64,000 nt of DNA from a virus, in the IMG/VR virus record IMGVR_UViG_3300023184_004234, positions 3,910-67,909 of that record. One strand, written 5' to 3'. Below the pieces are notes generated by a model. That model was given only the letters and a program-made list of their open reading frames with translations. It was not told the origin of the DNA and did not search any database. This document shows, piece by piece, positions 20,509 through 29,900 of this stretch; the stretch's first letter is position 1, and each line of letters starts with the position of its first letter. The position numbers and the translations under genes are program-made.

Positions 20509-20718
20509 ATGGCAATAATAGACGCATACAATAAAAGTGGCATAGCAGCAAAAGTTGATAGTAATGCTAAAACAACAGGATTTACTCCAAATCAACAATT
20601 AGGTATATCTGAATTTGATTTAAGTGAAAAAACTTTAGATAAAAAAGATTTAAATGGTAGTGCAACTGCACCATATACTCCTAAGAAAAACTATGAAGCG
20701 GTTACACCTAGAAAATAG
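20509..20718 (+). CDS. Hypothetical protein
   Basis: 69-aa ORF with an A-rich leader, filling the gap between the late motif and the next gene. Confidence 0.55.
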   Translation: MAIIDAYNKSGIAAKVDSNAKTTGFTPNQQLGISEFDLSEKTLDKKDLNGSATAPYTPKKNYEAVTPRK

Positions 20719-20721
20719 TTA

Positions 20722-21126
20722 ATGACAAAAAAAGTTACAAAAAAAGGTTGGGTAGCAAAGAAGAATGGTTATAAGAGTGGATTAGAAGATACCGTTTCCC
20801 AACAAATAGAGAGTAAAGGAATTAAAGTAGAATACGAAACCGAAAAGGTTAATTATATTATACCTTCCTCACCTCACACATATAGTCCTGATTTTAAATT
20901 ACCCAATAATATTAGGGTTGAAACAAAAGGTAGATTTGTATTAGCTGATAGAAAGAAACATCTATTGGTTAAGGAACAGAATCCTACCATAGATATTCGT
21001 TTTGTGTTTACCAATTCAAAGAACAAAATAAATAAGAAATCCAAAACAACTTACGCCGATTGGTGTGATAAACATGGATTTAAGTATGCCGATAAGGTAA
21101 TACCCGAAGAATGGTTCTCAGAATAA
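20722..21126 (+). CDS. Endonuclease I / Holliday junction resolvase, T7 gp3-like
   Basis: YKSGLED...HTYSPDFKLPN...VETKGRF...DRKKHLLVKEQNP..DIRFVF...KSKTTYADWCDKHGF..ADKVIPEEW closely follows the T7 endonuclease I sequence. Confidence 0.92.
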   Translation: MTKKVTKKGWVAKKNGYKSGLEDTVSQQIESKGIKVEYETEKVNYIIPSSPHTYSPDFKLPNNIRVETKGRFVLADRKKHLLVKEQNPTIDIRFVFTNSKNKINKKSKTTYADWCDKHGFKYADKVIPEEWFSE

Positions 21127-21158
21127 TTTGGTAATTTGGACTATTTTCCATATCTTTG
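21127..21158 (+). promoter_or_regulatory. Bacteroidota-type sigma70 promoter (-33 TTTG / -7 TAnnTTTG)
   Basis: TTTG at 21127-21130, 20-nt spacer, TATCTTTG at 21151-21158, ATG at 21163. Confidence 0.65.
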
Positions 21159-21162
21159 GTAT

Positions 21163-22167
21163 ATGGAGATAATACAACTTTTTGATAAATACATAGGACC
21201 AAGCAAAGCTCTAAAGAAAAATGAGTATGCATATCATTGTCCTTTTTGTCATCACGCTAAACCAAAATTACAAATAAACGATAAGACTTTTAAGTTTCAT
21301 TGCTGGACTTGCAATGCGGGTGGTAATCTTATGTACTTAGGTAAAAGAATCGGTATGAGTGATTTTGACTTAAGTGATTTGATTGGTAGATGTGGAATGA
21401 GTGAAGAAGTTAGAAAAAAATTAAAAGATGATTGGGGTGGTTCTATTAAAGAATTATTAGATAAAATTACTGCAGAAATTGCAGAGGAAGATGATGAAAA
21501 TACATCACAATTATTTCTACCTCCTGAATTTAAATCTGCATTAGAATTATCAAATAGTATTTCAAATCCATTGGAAAGAAATGCAATATCATATCTTAAA
21601 CAAAGAGGTATTACTAAAAAACATATTATTAAATATAACATAGGATTTTGTCCAAAAGGAATGTATGGGGGCAGAATTATCGTTCCTTCATATGATAGTA
21701 GAAATCAATTAAATTATTTTATAGCAAGAAGTATATTTCCAGAAGAGAAACAAAAGTATAAAAATCCACCCGTATCTAAAGATGTTATAGTATTTTCTAA
21801 CCAAATTGACTGGAAACAACCTATTACTTTATGTGAAGGTGTATTTGATGCAATTGCTTTAAAAAGAAATTCTATCCCGTTATTAGGTAAATTTGTTCAA
21901 AAAACACTAATGGGTGCATTAAAAAATACCAATCCAGATGTCTATATTTGTTTAGATTCCGATGCACAAGAGGATGCAATGGTATTATATAACAAAATAA
22001 AACCATATGTAAAGTCGGTGAAAAACATTAAGTTAGATGGTAAGGATGCGGGTGAAAATAACTTCCAAAATATTTTGAAATATCAGAAAAATTCCGTAAC
22101 TTTAAGTTGGGAAAGCGTATTAAGAGAAAAACTATTGACAATTAATAGTAGTTCAGTAATAAAATAG
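21163..22167 (+). CDS. DNA primase (zinc finger + TOPRIM)
   Basis: CPFCHH...FHCWTC zinc finger, YLKQRGI, RIIVP, KYKNP, CEGVFDAI and LDSDA TOPRIM motifs. ATG at 21163 is preferred over the TTG at 21136. Confidence 0.9.
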   Translation: MEIIQLFDKYIGPSKALKKNEYAYHCPFCHHAKPKLQINDKTFKFHCWTCNAGGNLMYLGKRIGMSDFDLSDLIGRCGMSEEVRKKLKDDWGGSIKELLDKITAEIAEEDDENTSQLFLPPEFKSALELSNSISNPLERNAISYLKQRGITKKHIIKYNIGFCPKGMYGGRIIVPSYDSRNQLNYFIARSIFPEEKQKYKNPPVSKDVIVFSNQIDWKQPITLCEGVFDAIALKRNSIPLLGKFVQKTLMGALKNTNPDVYICLDSDAQEDAMVLYNKIKPYVKSVKNIKLDGKDAGENNFQNILKYQKNSVTLSWESVLREKLLTINSSSVIK

Positions 22168-22188
22168 AATTTATCAAATAAAATATAA

Positions 22189-25100
22189 ATGAATAAATTA
22201 AAAAGGATTTATCACATTGCAGACATTCACATTAGAAATCTAAAAAGACACCAGGAATATAGAGAGGTATTTGATAGATTATTTAATGATATTAAACAAA
22301 AGGGAACGGAAGATTCCCTTATTTATTTAGCTGGGGATTTGGCTCACGCTAAATTAGAAATGTCACCGGAGCTTCTTAATGAAATAAATTATTTTCTTAA
22401 GAAGTGTTGTGAATTATGTCCTACCATATTAATCGCTGGAAACCACGATTGCAACTTAAACAATGCGGGTAGGTTAGATGTATTGACTCCAATTGTAGAA
22501 GCATTAGATTTACCTAATTTAACTTATTTAAGAAATACTCAAAGTTATACCTATGGGGGTGTAAGATTTGATACATTTTCTATTTTTGATGAGAAAGAGA
22601 ATTGGGTGTTTGAACCATTAACATCAGATACTAAAAATATTGCATTGTTTCATGGTCCTGTATTGGATGCAACTACGGATGTTGGTTATACAATTTCCTC
22701 TCGTCATTTTACATCAGAAATGTTTGATGGATATGATTTAGCTTTATTAGGTGATATACATAGAAGACAAACTATGATTTCTCCGAAAGGTTGTAAAGTA
22801 GTTTATCCTGGTTCTTTGATACAACAGAATCATGGTGAGGCATTAGATAAACATGGTTATGCTATTTGGAATATGGATGATTTATCAGTTGAATATGTAG
22901 ATGTTCAGAATGATTATGGTTATTATACTCTACACGTTGAGAATGGTATAGTACCTGATGTAACTGATATGCCTCAAAAACCTCGTCTTAGAGTGTTCGT
23001 ATCTAAAACCGATGCAGCAGATATTAAGAGAGTTACTACGGAGATTAAAAAGAAATATAAAGTAGATGAGTTTACTATTACTCGTACCGACACTTTAGCT
23101 CGTTTAAGGACAGGTAATAAAGATGGTAAGTTGAATGTAGGTAATGTGAATGACCCTCAATACCAAGCCGGTCTTATTAAAGATTACTTAGGTAGAAACT
23201 ATATGTTGGATGATGAAACATTAGGTAAGATTGAAGATTTGAACAATAAACTAAACAAACGATTAAACGATGATGATTTAGTTAAGAATATAGCTTGGAA
23301 ACCAATTCGTTTTGAGTTTGATAATATGTTCTCTTATGGTGAGGATAATATCGTTAACTTTGAGAATATGAAAGGGTTAATGGGTGTGTTCGCTCCAAAC
23401 GCTAGTGGTAAGTCATCTCTATTTGATGCTCTTTCATTTTGTATCTTTGATAAGAGTAGTAGAGCATTTAAAGCAGCTAACATTCTAAACAATCGTAAAA
23501 CATCATTTAGTTGTAAGTTAGAGTTTGATATTAATGATGAGAGATTTTTTATTGAAAGAACTGCTAAAACTACAAAGAAAGGTGATGCGGTTAAGTGTGA
23601 TGTAAACTTTTGGAAAATAGAGGGTGGTGAAATTGTAAACTTAAATGGTGATGAGCGTAGAGGAACGGATAAAGTAATTGAATCTTACTTAGGAAAGTAT
23701 GAGGATTTTGTATTAACTGCATTATCTTTACAGGGAAACAATTCTTTATTCATTGATAAATCACAATCAGAAAGAAAGGATTTATTAGCTCAGTTTATGG
23801 GTATCAATGTATTTGATAAGTTATATGATTTAGCAAGTGAAGATATTAAAGAAGTTCAAGTCTTATTAAGAAACTTTAAGAGAACGGATTTTACATCAGA
23901 ATTGGCAACGGCCGAAAATAAATTGGAATTATTAAAAGATGATTACGAAGAATTTGAAATTGAGAAAGAAGGTTACGAAGATAGACAAGATGATTTAAAT
24001 GAAGAAATAACTAATTTATCAGCTCAATTAGTTCCTATTGATGGTAACTTAGATATTACTGAATTAGAAAGTAAACAATCAACTTTACAATCTCAAATCA
24101 CAGGTTCTGATGCAACTATACAAACCAAATCTTTAAGTATCGGTAAGATAATGGATGTAATGGCTGAGTTGACAATTGCAATTGATAGTAAAAAACAATT
24201 CAATGGTATTGATATAGATGTTGTATATTCCAACTACCAACAACAACAAAAGGATTTAATTGAAGCTACAAAAATTTATGATATTGCAAAAGTACACCTA
24301 AGTTCCGCAGAAGAAACAATTAAACATTTGGATAATCATGAATATGACCCAAATTGTAAGTTTTGTTGTGATAATACTTTTGTAAAAGATGCAATGAGAG
24401 TAAAAGAATTGTTACCTCAATTGGAAGAAGCACTTAAACAAGCAACAATTGATGCTACGAGTATTCAACAAACTTTAGATTCTTGGGAAGGTATTGAAGA
24501 ACAATATTCACAATTTGAGGATTACAAAGCTAAATTAGAAAAAGGTAAAGCACTTCATAAAACTACATACTTAGAATTGAGTGGATTGATTACTCAAAAA
24601 GAATTGTATGAAGCACAATTAACAGCGGTAGAATTAGATATAGAAAAATACCACGCTAACGAAACTACTATTCAAAATAATGATTCGTTAGAGGAACAAA
24701 TTGATATTAAGAAACAAGAGTTAGCGGGAGTTAGTAAAGACCTAAGAGAGATAGCGGCAAGATTATTAGATATGAATGGACAAATAGTTCAAACACAATC
24801 TTATATTACATCAGTTACCGATAAGATGACAGAAGCAAAAGATTTAGAAGAAAAGTTCCAAATCTACGAATACTACTTAGATGCAGTTAAGAGAGATGGT
24901 GTTTCATATGAATTAATTGCAAAGGCTCTACCTGTGATAGAAGGTGAGGTTAATAACATCTTACAACAAATTGTAGAGTTTGGTATTGTCTTTGATATGA
25001 GTGGCAAGAATGTGAACGCTAGGATTGTTTATGAGGACCAACATTGGCCTCTAGAAATGTGTAGTGGTATGGAAAAATTTGTAAGTGGATTGGCAATTAG

Positions 25101-25335
25101 AGTTGCACTTATTAATGTATGTAATTTACCTCGTCCTAATTTCTTAGTAGTAGATGAAGGATTTGGAACATTGGATAGTGATAACTTACAATCTATCTTT
25201 ATGATGTTTGATTATTTAAAAACACAATTTGATTTTATTAATATCATTTCTCACTTGGATGCAATGCGAGATATTGTTGATACATTAGTTGAGATTAAGA
25301 AAGTAGATGGGTTCTCTCAAATACAATATAAATAA
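22189..25335 (+). CDS. Fused SbcD-SbcC (Mre11-Rad50; T4 gp47-gp46-like) recombination nuclease-ATPase
   Basis: Metallophosphoesterase motifs (ADIH, AGD, GNHD, GDIH, YPGS) followed by Walker A APNASGKSS, Q-loop LQG, coiled coil with CKFCC zinc hook, SGME signature, Walker B VVDEGFGTLD and ISH. Confidence 0.92.
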   Translation: MNKLKRIYHIADIHIRNLKRHQEYREVFDRLFNDIKQKGTEDSLIYLAGDLAHAKLEMSPELLNEINYFLKKCCELCPTILIAGNHDCNLNNAGRLDVLTPIVEALDLPNLTYLRNTQSYTYGGVRFDTFSIFDEKENWVFEPLTSDTKNIALFHGPVLDATTDVGYTISSRHFTSEMFDGYDLALLGDIHRRQTMISPKGCKVVYPGSLIQQNHGEALDKHGYAIWNMDDLSVEYVDVQNDYGYYTLHVENGIVPDVTDMPQKPRLRVFVSKTDAADIKRVTTEIKKKYKVDEFTITRTDTLARLRTGNKDGKLNVGNVNDPQYQAGLIKDYLGRNYMLDDETLGKIEDLNNKLNKRLNDDDLVKNIAWKPIRFEFDNMFSYGEDNIVNFENMKGLMGVFAPNASGKSSLFDALSFCIFDKSSRAFKAANILNNRKTSFSCKLEFDINDERFFIERTAKTTKKGDAVKCDVNFWKIEGGEIVNLNGDERRGTDKVIESYLGKYEDFVLTALSLQGNNSLFIDKSQSERKDLLAQFMGINVFDKLYDLASEDIKEVQVLLRNFKRTDFTSELATAENKLELLKDDYEEFEIEKEGYEDRQDDLNEEITNLSAQLVPIDGNLDITELESKQSTLQSQITGSDATIQTKSLSIGKIMDVMAELTIAIDSKKQFNGIDIDVVYSNYQQQQKDLIEATKIYDIAKVHLSSAEETIKHLDNHEYDPNCKFCCDNTFVKDAMRVKELLPQLEEALKQATIDATSIQQTLDSWEGIEEQYSQFEDYKAKLEKGKALHKTTYLELSGLITQKELYEAQLTAVELDIEKYHANETTIQNNDSLEEQIDIKKQELAGVSKDLREIAARLLDMNGQIVQTQSYITSVTDKMTEAKDLEEKFQIYEYYLDAVKRDGVSYELIAKALPVIEGEVNNILQQIVEFGIVFDMSGKNVNARIVYEDQHWPLEMCSGMEKFVSGLAIRVALINVCNLPRPNFLVVDEGFGTLDSDNLQSIFMMFDYLKTQFDFINIISHLDAMRDIVDTLVEIKKVDGFSQIQYK

Positions 25336-25336
25336 T

Positions 25337-26464
25337 ATGAAATGTTATCTATATAATACTAGACAATTTGCACAATTATTTAATTTCAAATATTCAAAAG
25401 AAAAAGATTTTGGATATTGTTCAAATGATTTATCAGAAATAGATTCAGAAAATAATGCTGACATTATATTAATTTATAGAGATGATATACCTACAATTTC
25501 TATCGATTATTTAAATAAATGGAAAACTAAAAAATTCCTAATTGTAGGAGTATTAGAACGATTAGAATTAAGAAATTCTTTTTATAAGAATTTAATAGAA
25601 TTAAATATTAATTTTAAATTAGTAGATGCTAATCCATTTTTTAAACAATGGATTAAACAATTATATAACTATGATTATCCATACGATGCATATTCATCAA
25701 ATTTCTATTTAAGTACATTCAATTTTTCAGAATTACATAAGTACGAATTTCCAAAAATAGATATTGACAGAAAATATAGAATTGTAAGTTTAAATAATAA
25801 ACAAAAAGAATTACGTGATATAATAACATTTTTATTTGTTAATAATTTTAATATTACAGATGATGTATTTTATCAATATGTTGGTTCAAACAATGGATTT
25901 TCTGAAATAAATTTAGAAATATTTAATAGAGTATTTTTTGAATCATTAGATAGAAATAAAATCATAACTAATCAAATTGACTTTACAAAATATATTTTGA
26001 ATAATGATTTTTTTAAAATATCAAATAAGACTGGTAAGTTTTTTTGGGATAGTTGTATAGAAAAATTATCAGAGGGTTATATAAATATTTTATTAGAAAC
26101 CAATGCTAATTTTGAAGAAAAAGAAATATATGAAAATTATAGCACAGCGGTATCTGAAAAATTCTTATATTCAGTATTAGCAAATACACTTCCTATTTTT
26201 ATTTTAAATTCAGATATGGATGATTTTTATAATTTCTTTGGTTTAGTAAATAATAATCAAATTAAATATAATTCAAACAAAGAATTATTAGAATCATTTA
26301 CTATTAAAATAAAAGAAATAGATACATTAACGTTAAGTGATTGTAAAGAAATACATAACAATAATATGCAATCAATAGTATACAATTCAGAAACAACATT
26401 ATCCTTAATTTCAGATTTAGAAAAAATACATTCTGATTATAATTATATTTTCAATAATTGGTAA
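25337..26464 (+). CDS. Uncharacterised GT-B/GT10-like putative glycosyltransferase (paralog of 45671, 47122, 52709)
   Basis: SLNN..K..R, INILLET and AVSEKFLY..L...LPIF motifs. Extremely AT-rich. ATG at 25337 is preferred. Confidence 0.45.
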   Translation: MKCYLYNTRQFAQLFNFKYSKEKDFGYCSNDLSEIDSENNADIILIYRDDIPTISIDYLNKWKTKKFLIVGVLERLELRNSFYKNLIELNINFKLVDANPFFKQWIKQLYNYDYPYDAYSSNFYLSTFNFSELHKYEFPKIDIDRKYRIVSLNNKQKELRDIITFLFVNNFNITDDVFYQYVGSNNGFSEINLEIFNRVFFESLDRNKIITNQIDFTKYILNNDFFKISNKTGKFFWDSCIEKLSEGYINILLETNANFEEKEIYENYSTAVSEKFLYSVLANTLPIFILNSDMDDFYNFFGLVNNNQIKYNSNKELLESFTIKIKEIDTLTLSDCKEIHNNNMQSIVYNSETTLSLISDLEKIHSDYNYIFNNW

Positions 26465-26465
26465 T

Positions 26466-26975
26466 ATGATAATTGGAAATGGAAATATAGCAAACACATT
26501 GGTATCAAAAGATAGAGATGATATAATCTTTTTCGCATCGGGCGTAAGTGATAGTCGTTGTTCCGATATAACTGAATTTGAAAGAGAATTAAATTTATTA
26601 AATAAACAAGACTATAATATACATTTGGTTTATTTTTCAAATTTGGGAATTTATTATAAAAACGATGCATATACCAACCATAAAAAAAATATGGAAGCAT
26701 CTATAAAAGAAAAGTTTAAGACGTATACCATAGTAAGAATAGAGGTATGTGACTGGGTGAATAATCCAACAACTATTCTAAATGTGTTTAAACAAAAAAT
26801 AAAAAATAACAATCCAATTGAAATTCAAAATACTACAAGATATGTTCTAAGTTTAGATGAATTTTTATTTTGGATAGATAGAATACAAGTGGGAGTATGT
26901 AATGAAATGAACATTTTAGGAAAACGTATGACTATCCAAGAAATTGTAGATAATATAAAAAGAGAATATTTATAA
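26466..26975 (+). CDS. Short NAD(P)-binding epimerase/dehydratase-like protein
   Basis: MIIGNGNIA Rossmann start, FFASGVSDS and YTNHKKNME (YxxxK-like). Confidence 0.65.
   Translation: MIIGNGNIANTLVSKDRDDIIFFASGVSDSRCSDITEFERELNLLNKQDYNIHLVYFSNLGIYYKNDAYTNHKKNMEASIKEKFKTYTIVRIEVCDWVNNPTTILNVFKQKIKNNNPIEIQNTTRYVLSLDEFLFWIDRIQVGVCNEMNILGKRMTIQEIVDNIKREYL
26967..26974 (+). promoter_or_regulatory. Putative late promoter (TATTTATA)
   Basis: Overlaps the end of the previous gene, 16 nt before the tail fibre ATG at 26991. Confidence 0.5.
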
Positions 26976-26990
26976 AAAAGAATATTCACA

Positions 26991-29900
26991 ATGGCCGTTG
27001 ATATAAAAGTTGCACCAGAAGAAAAATTAGAATTAGTACAAACATTAATTGTAGATAATTCGGCAAATTCAGAATACTTTAATATAAGTGAACTTCCTGA
27101 TTCTTTTTCTGGAGGTAAAAACGCATTCTTAATAGCAGGTTCTGATTTATTACAATCTAACTCTGAAATAAAAATACAAATTAGAGATGCGGCGGGTAAT
27201 ATTGTTTATCATGAATTTTCAGATGGTAGCCCAAACGAATACTATGAAGGCAATTCTAAAGTAGTAGCAGTATATGTTTATCCAACTGAAACTGCATTTG
27301 GACCAGCAACAATTACTGTTTTAGGTGAACTTAATATTAAAAATGTAAATGTTCCAATTGATTGGCAAAATAAATATAATGTAAAGTGGACGGGCAGAGT
27401 TAATATTAATCCAGCATTAGCCAACACAACAAGGGTAAGATTTAAAAAAAGACCTAATGTTAAAATTACTGAAATATTAGAACCACTATATACGGTTAAT
27501 ACGATTACAACAACATATACTGGTTCTGCTAGGGCAATTCCTGTATCTCCAAATGCAGGTACTAATTATCAAAATTGGCTAAATTCTGGTCATACCATTG
27601 ATGATTTATATTATGCATTTCAAACCTCACCAAATACTCAAATAATATCTTCTAGTTTAGTTGGGTCAACTATTACAACGGATATTCCAGGATATTCACC
27701 AATAATTAAAACTGCTCCAAATACAACATATGCGTATGTATATCCACCTTTATTAGATAGTAATGGTAATATAACAGGAAGTCCTGAAAATACATTTATT
27801 TCATATTCAATTGTAGACACAACTGCTACTAGTAAAGTTGCATCATTGGTTACTCAATCTTTTGCTGCAATTACTATAAACCAATTAGAAACATTTGCAG
27901 GGGATGTAGCAAGAGTAAAAGTATTTAGAACATCTACAGGAGATATTTCTGATTATGAATTAATACAAGATATTAGAGTTGAATCAAAAAATCTTTTAAC
28001 TACATATGCATTAAGTAGTAGTGTAGTTGGAAATGCGGGATTATTTACACAAGATTCTTTAAGTAAGGTTTGGAATACTGGTTCATTATCTGCAAATTTA
28101 ACATCAACATATGTAAACGATGGTGTAAAATTAGCAGGTCATGGTTATCTTACATATACTTCATCATTAAATCTGTTAAGTTCAAATACATATGAATTAC
28201 AATTAAATTCATTTTTTACAGGTTCAACTTCAACAAATTTAGTAGCATATATTAGTGGTACACAAAATGGAGCAATTCCAATTACAACATTTAGTGGTTC
28301 AATTCCAACTAAAAATTTTGGAACAACTACAACTGCATTTAAAATTGCAAACGATGAACCATCTGCAAGTTTATATTTATCACAATCATCTGGAACAAAT
28401 CAATGGCACATTGGTAATATATCATTAAACCTTTCACAAGATACGGCATTTTCACCAAACGAAATTAGTTTTATTACATCAATGCCGACTGTATTAGGTA
28501 ATGAAACATTTAATTTTAAGTTTGAATTATACGATATAAACAATAATTATGTACCTATTGCATTAACATCAAGTGTACTATTCAATGGTGGTAATAATAA
28601 CATTGGGGGAACTTTATTAATAGTTAGTGGTTCTACCTCAGCATCAAACGCATCCATATTAGCATTATCACAATCAGTTAGTGGTACAATATCAGCAACA
28701 TCACAAAGTGTAAGTAGCAGTATTGCAGCAACAAGTTCATCTTTAAGTAGTAGTATTTCTCAATCAACTTTTACGGCATCTATATATACCAGTGCATCAG
28801 TATCTACACTAAGTGGCTCGGTGAGCACTTCTATAAATTTAGTAAGTGGTTCATTAAGTAGTTCTATTAATGTAGTTAGTGGGAGTGTAGTTAATTTAAG
28901 TTCATCAGTAAGTACATCATTATCAACGTTATCATCATCATTAAGTACCTCATTATCTACCATTAGTAGTTCAGTATCTAATTCATCTTTTACAGTTTAT
29001 TCGGCATCAGCGTATTTAGAGAAATTTATTTTTACAGATGAAAATGGTAAATTAAATAAAACACCAACAACATCATCCGTAGTAAATGGCTTATACTTAG
29101 GTTCAACTTATTTAGGATATTATAGTGGAAGCAGTTGGAAAACATATATGGATAATCAGGGAGATTTTTATCTTACGGGTTCAAACAATAATTTTTTAGC
29201 TTGGAATAGTTCATTGGGAACATTACAAGTTCAAGGTGTAATTAATATTCAAGGTGGAAACGCTGCAACAACAAGTAGTGTAAGTTCTTCAATAAATTCA
29301 GCAACATCATCATTATCTCAATCATTAGCACCAAATATATTTACATCTACAACGGGTTTAATAAATAGACCACCTGTTGTATTGGTAGGTGGTACATCTG
29401 GATTATATTTAGGTTCATCTTATTTAGGATACTATGATGGTTCTGATTGGAAAACCTATATGGCTAATAATGGTAACTTTTATTTAAGTGGTCCTGGAAC
29501 TAATTCATTATCATGGATAAATGGGGCGTTAACCATAAATGGTGTAATAAATATAACAGGAGGAAATGCCGCAACACAAACATATGCGAGTGGTACGGCA
29601 TTTACACAAGCTACAACTGCACAATCAAATGCAGTATCAACCGCAGCCAGTGATGCAACAACAAAAGCAAATGCAGCACGAACCGCCGCAGAATTATTTG
29701 CGAGTGGGATTGGAACAAACGCCGTAGCATCGGGTTCTGCTGCAGCAACGGCGGCACAAACTGCGGCAATAAATCAAGCAAAAGCAGATGCAAGTGCATC
29801 CGTTACTTTATTAGCAAATGGAAATTGGACAGCAGGCAGTGGAACATTCATAACATCTAATTCTATTTCATCTCCTGTAATTGCAGGTAATGCCGGATAT

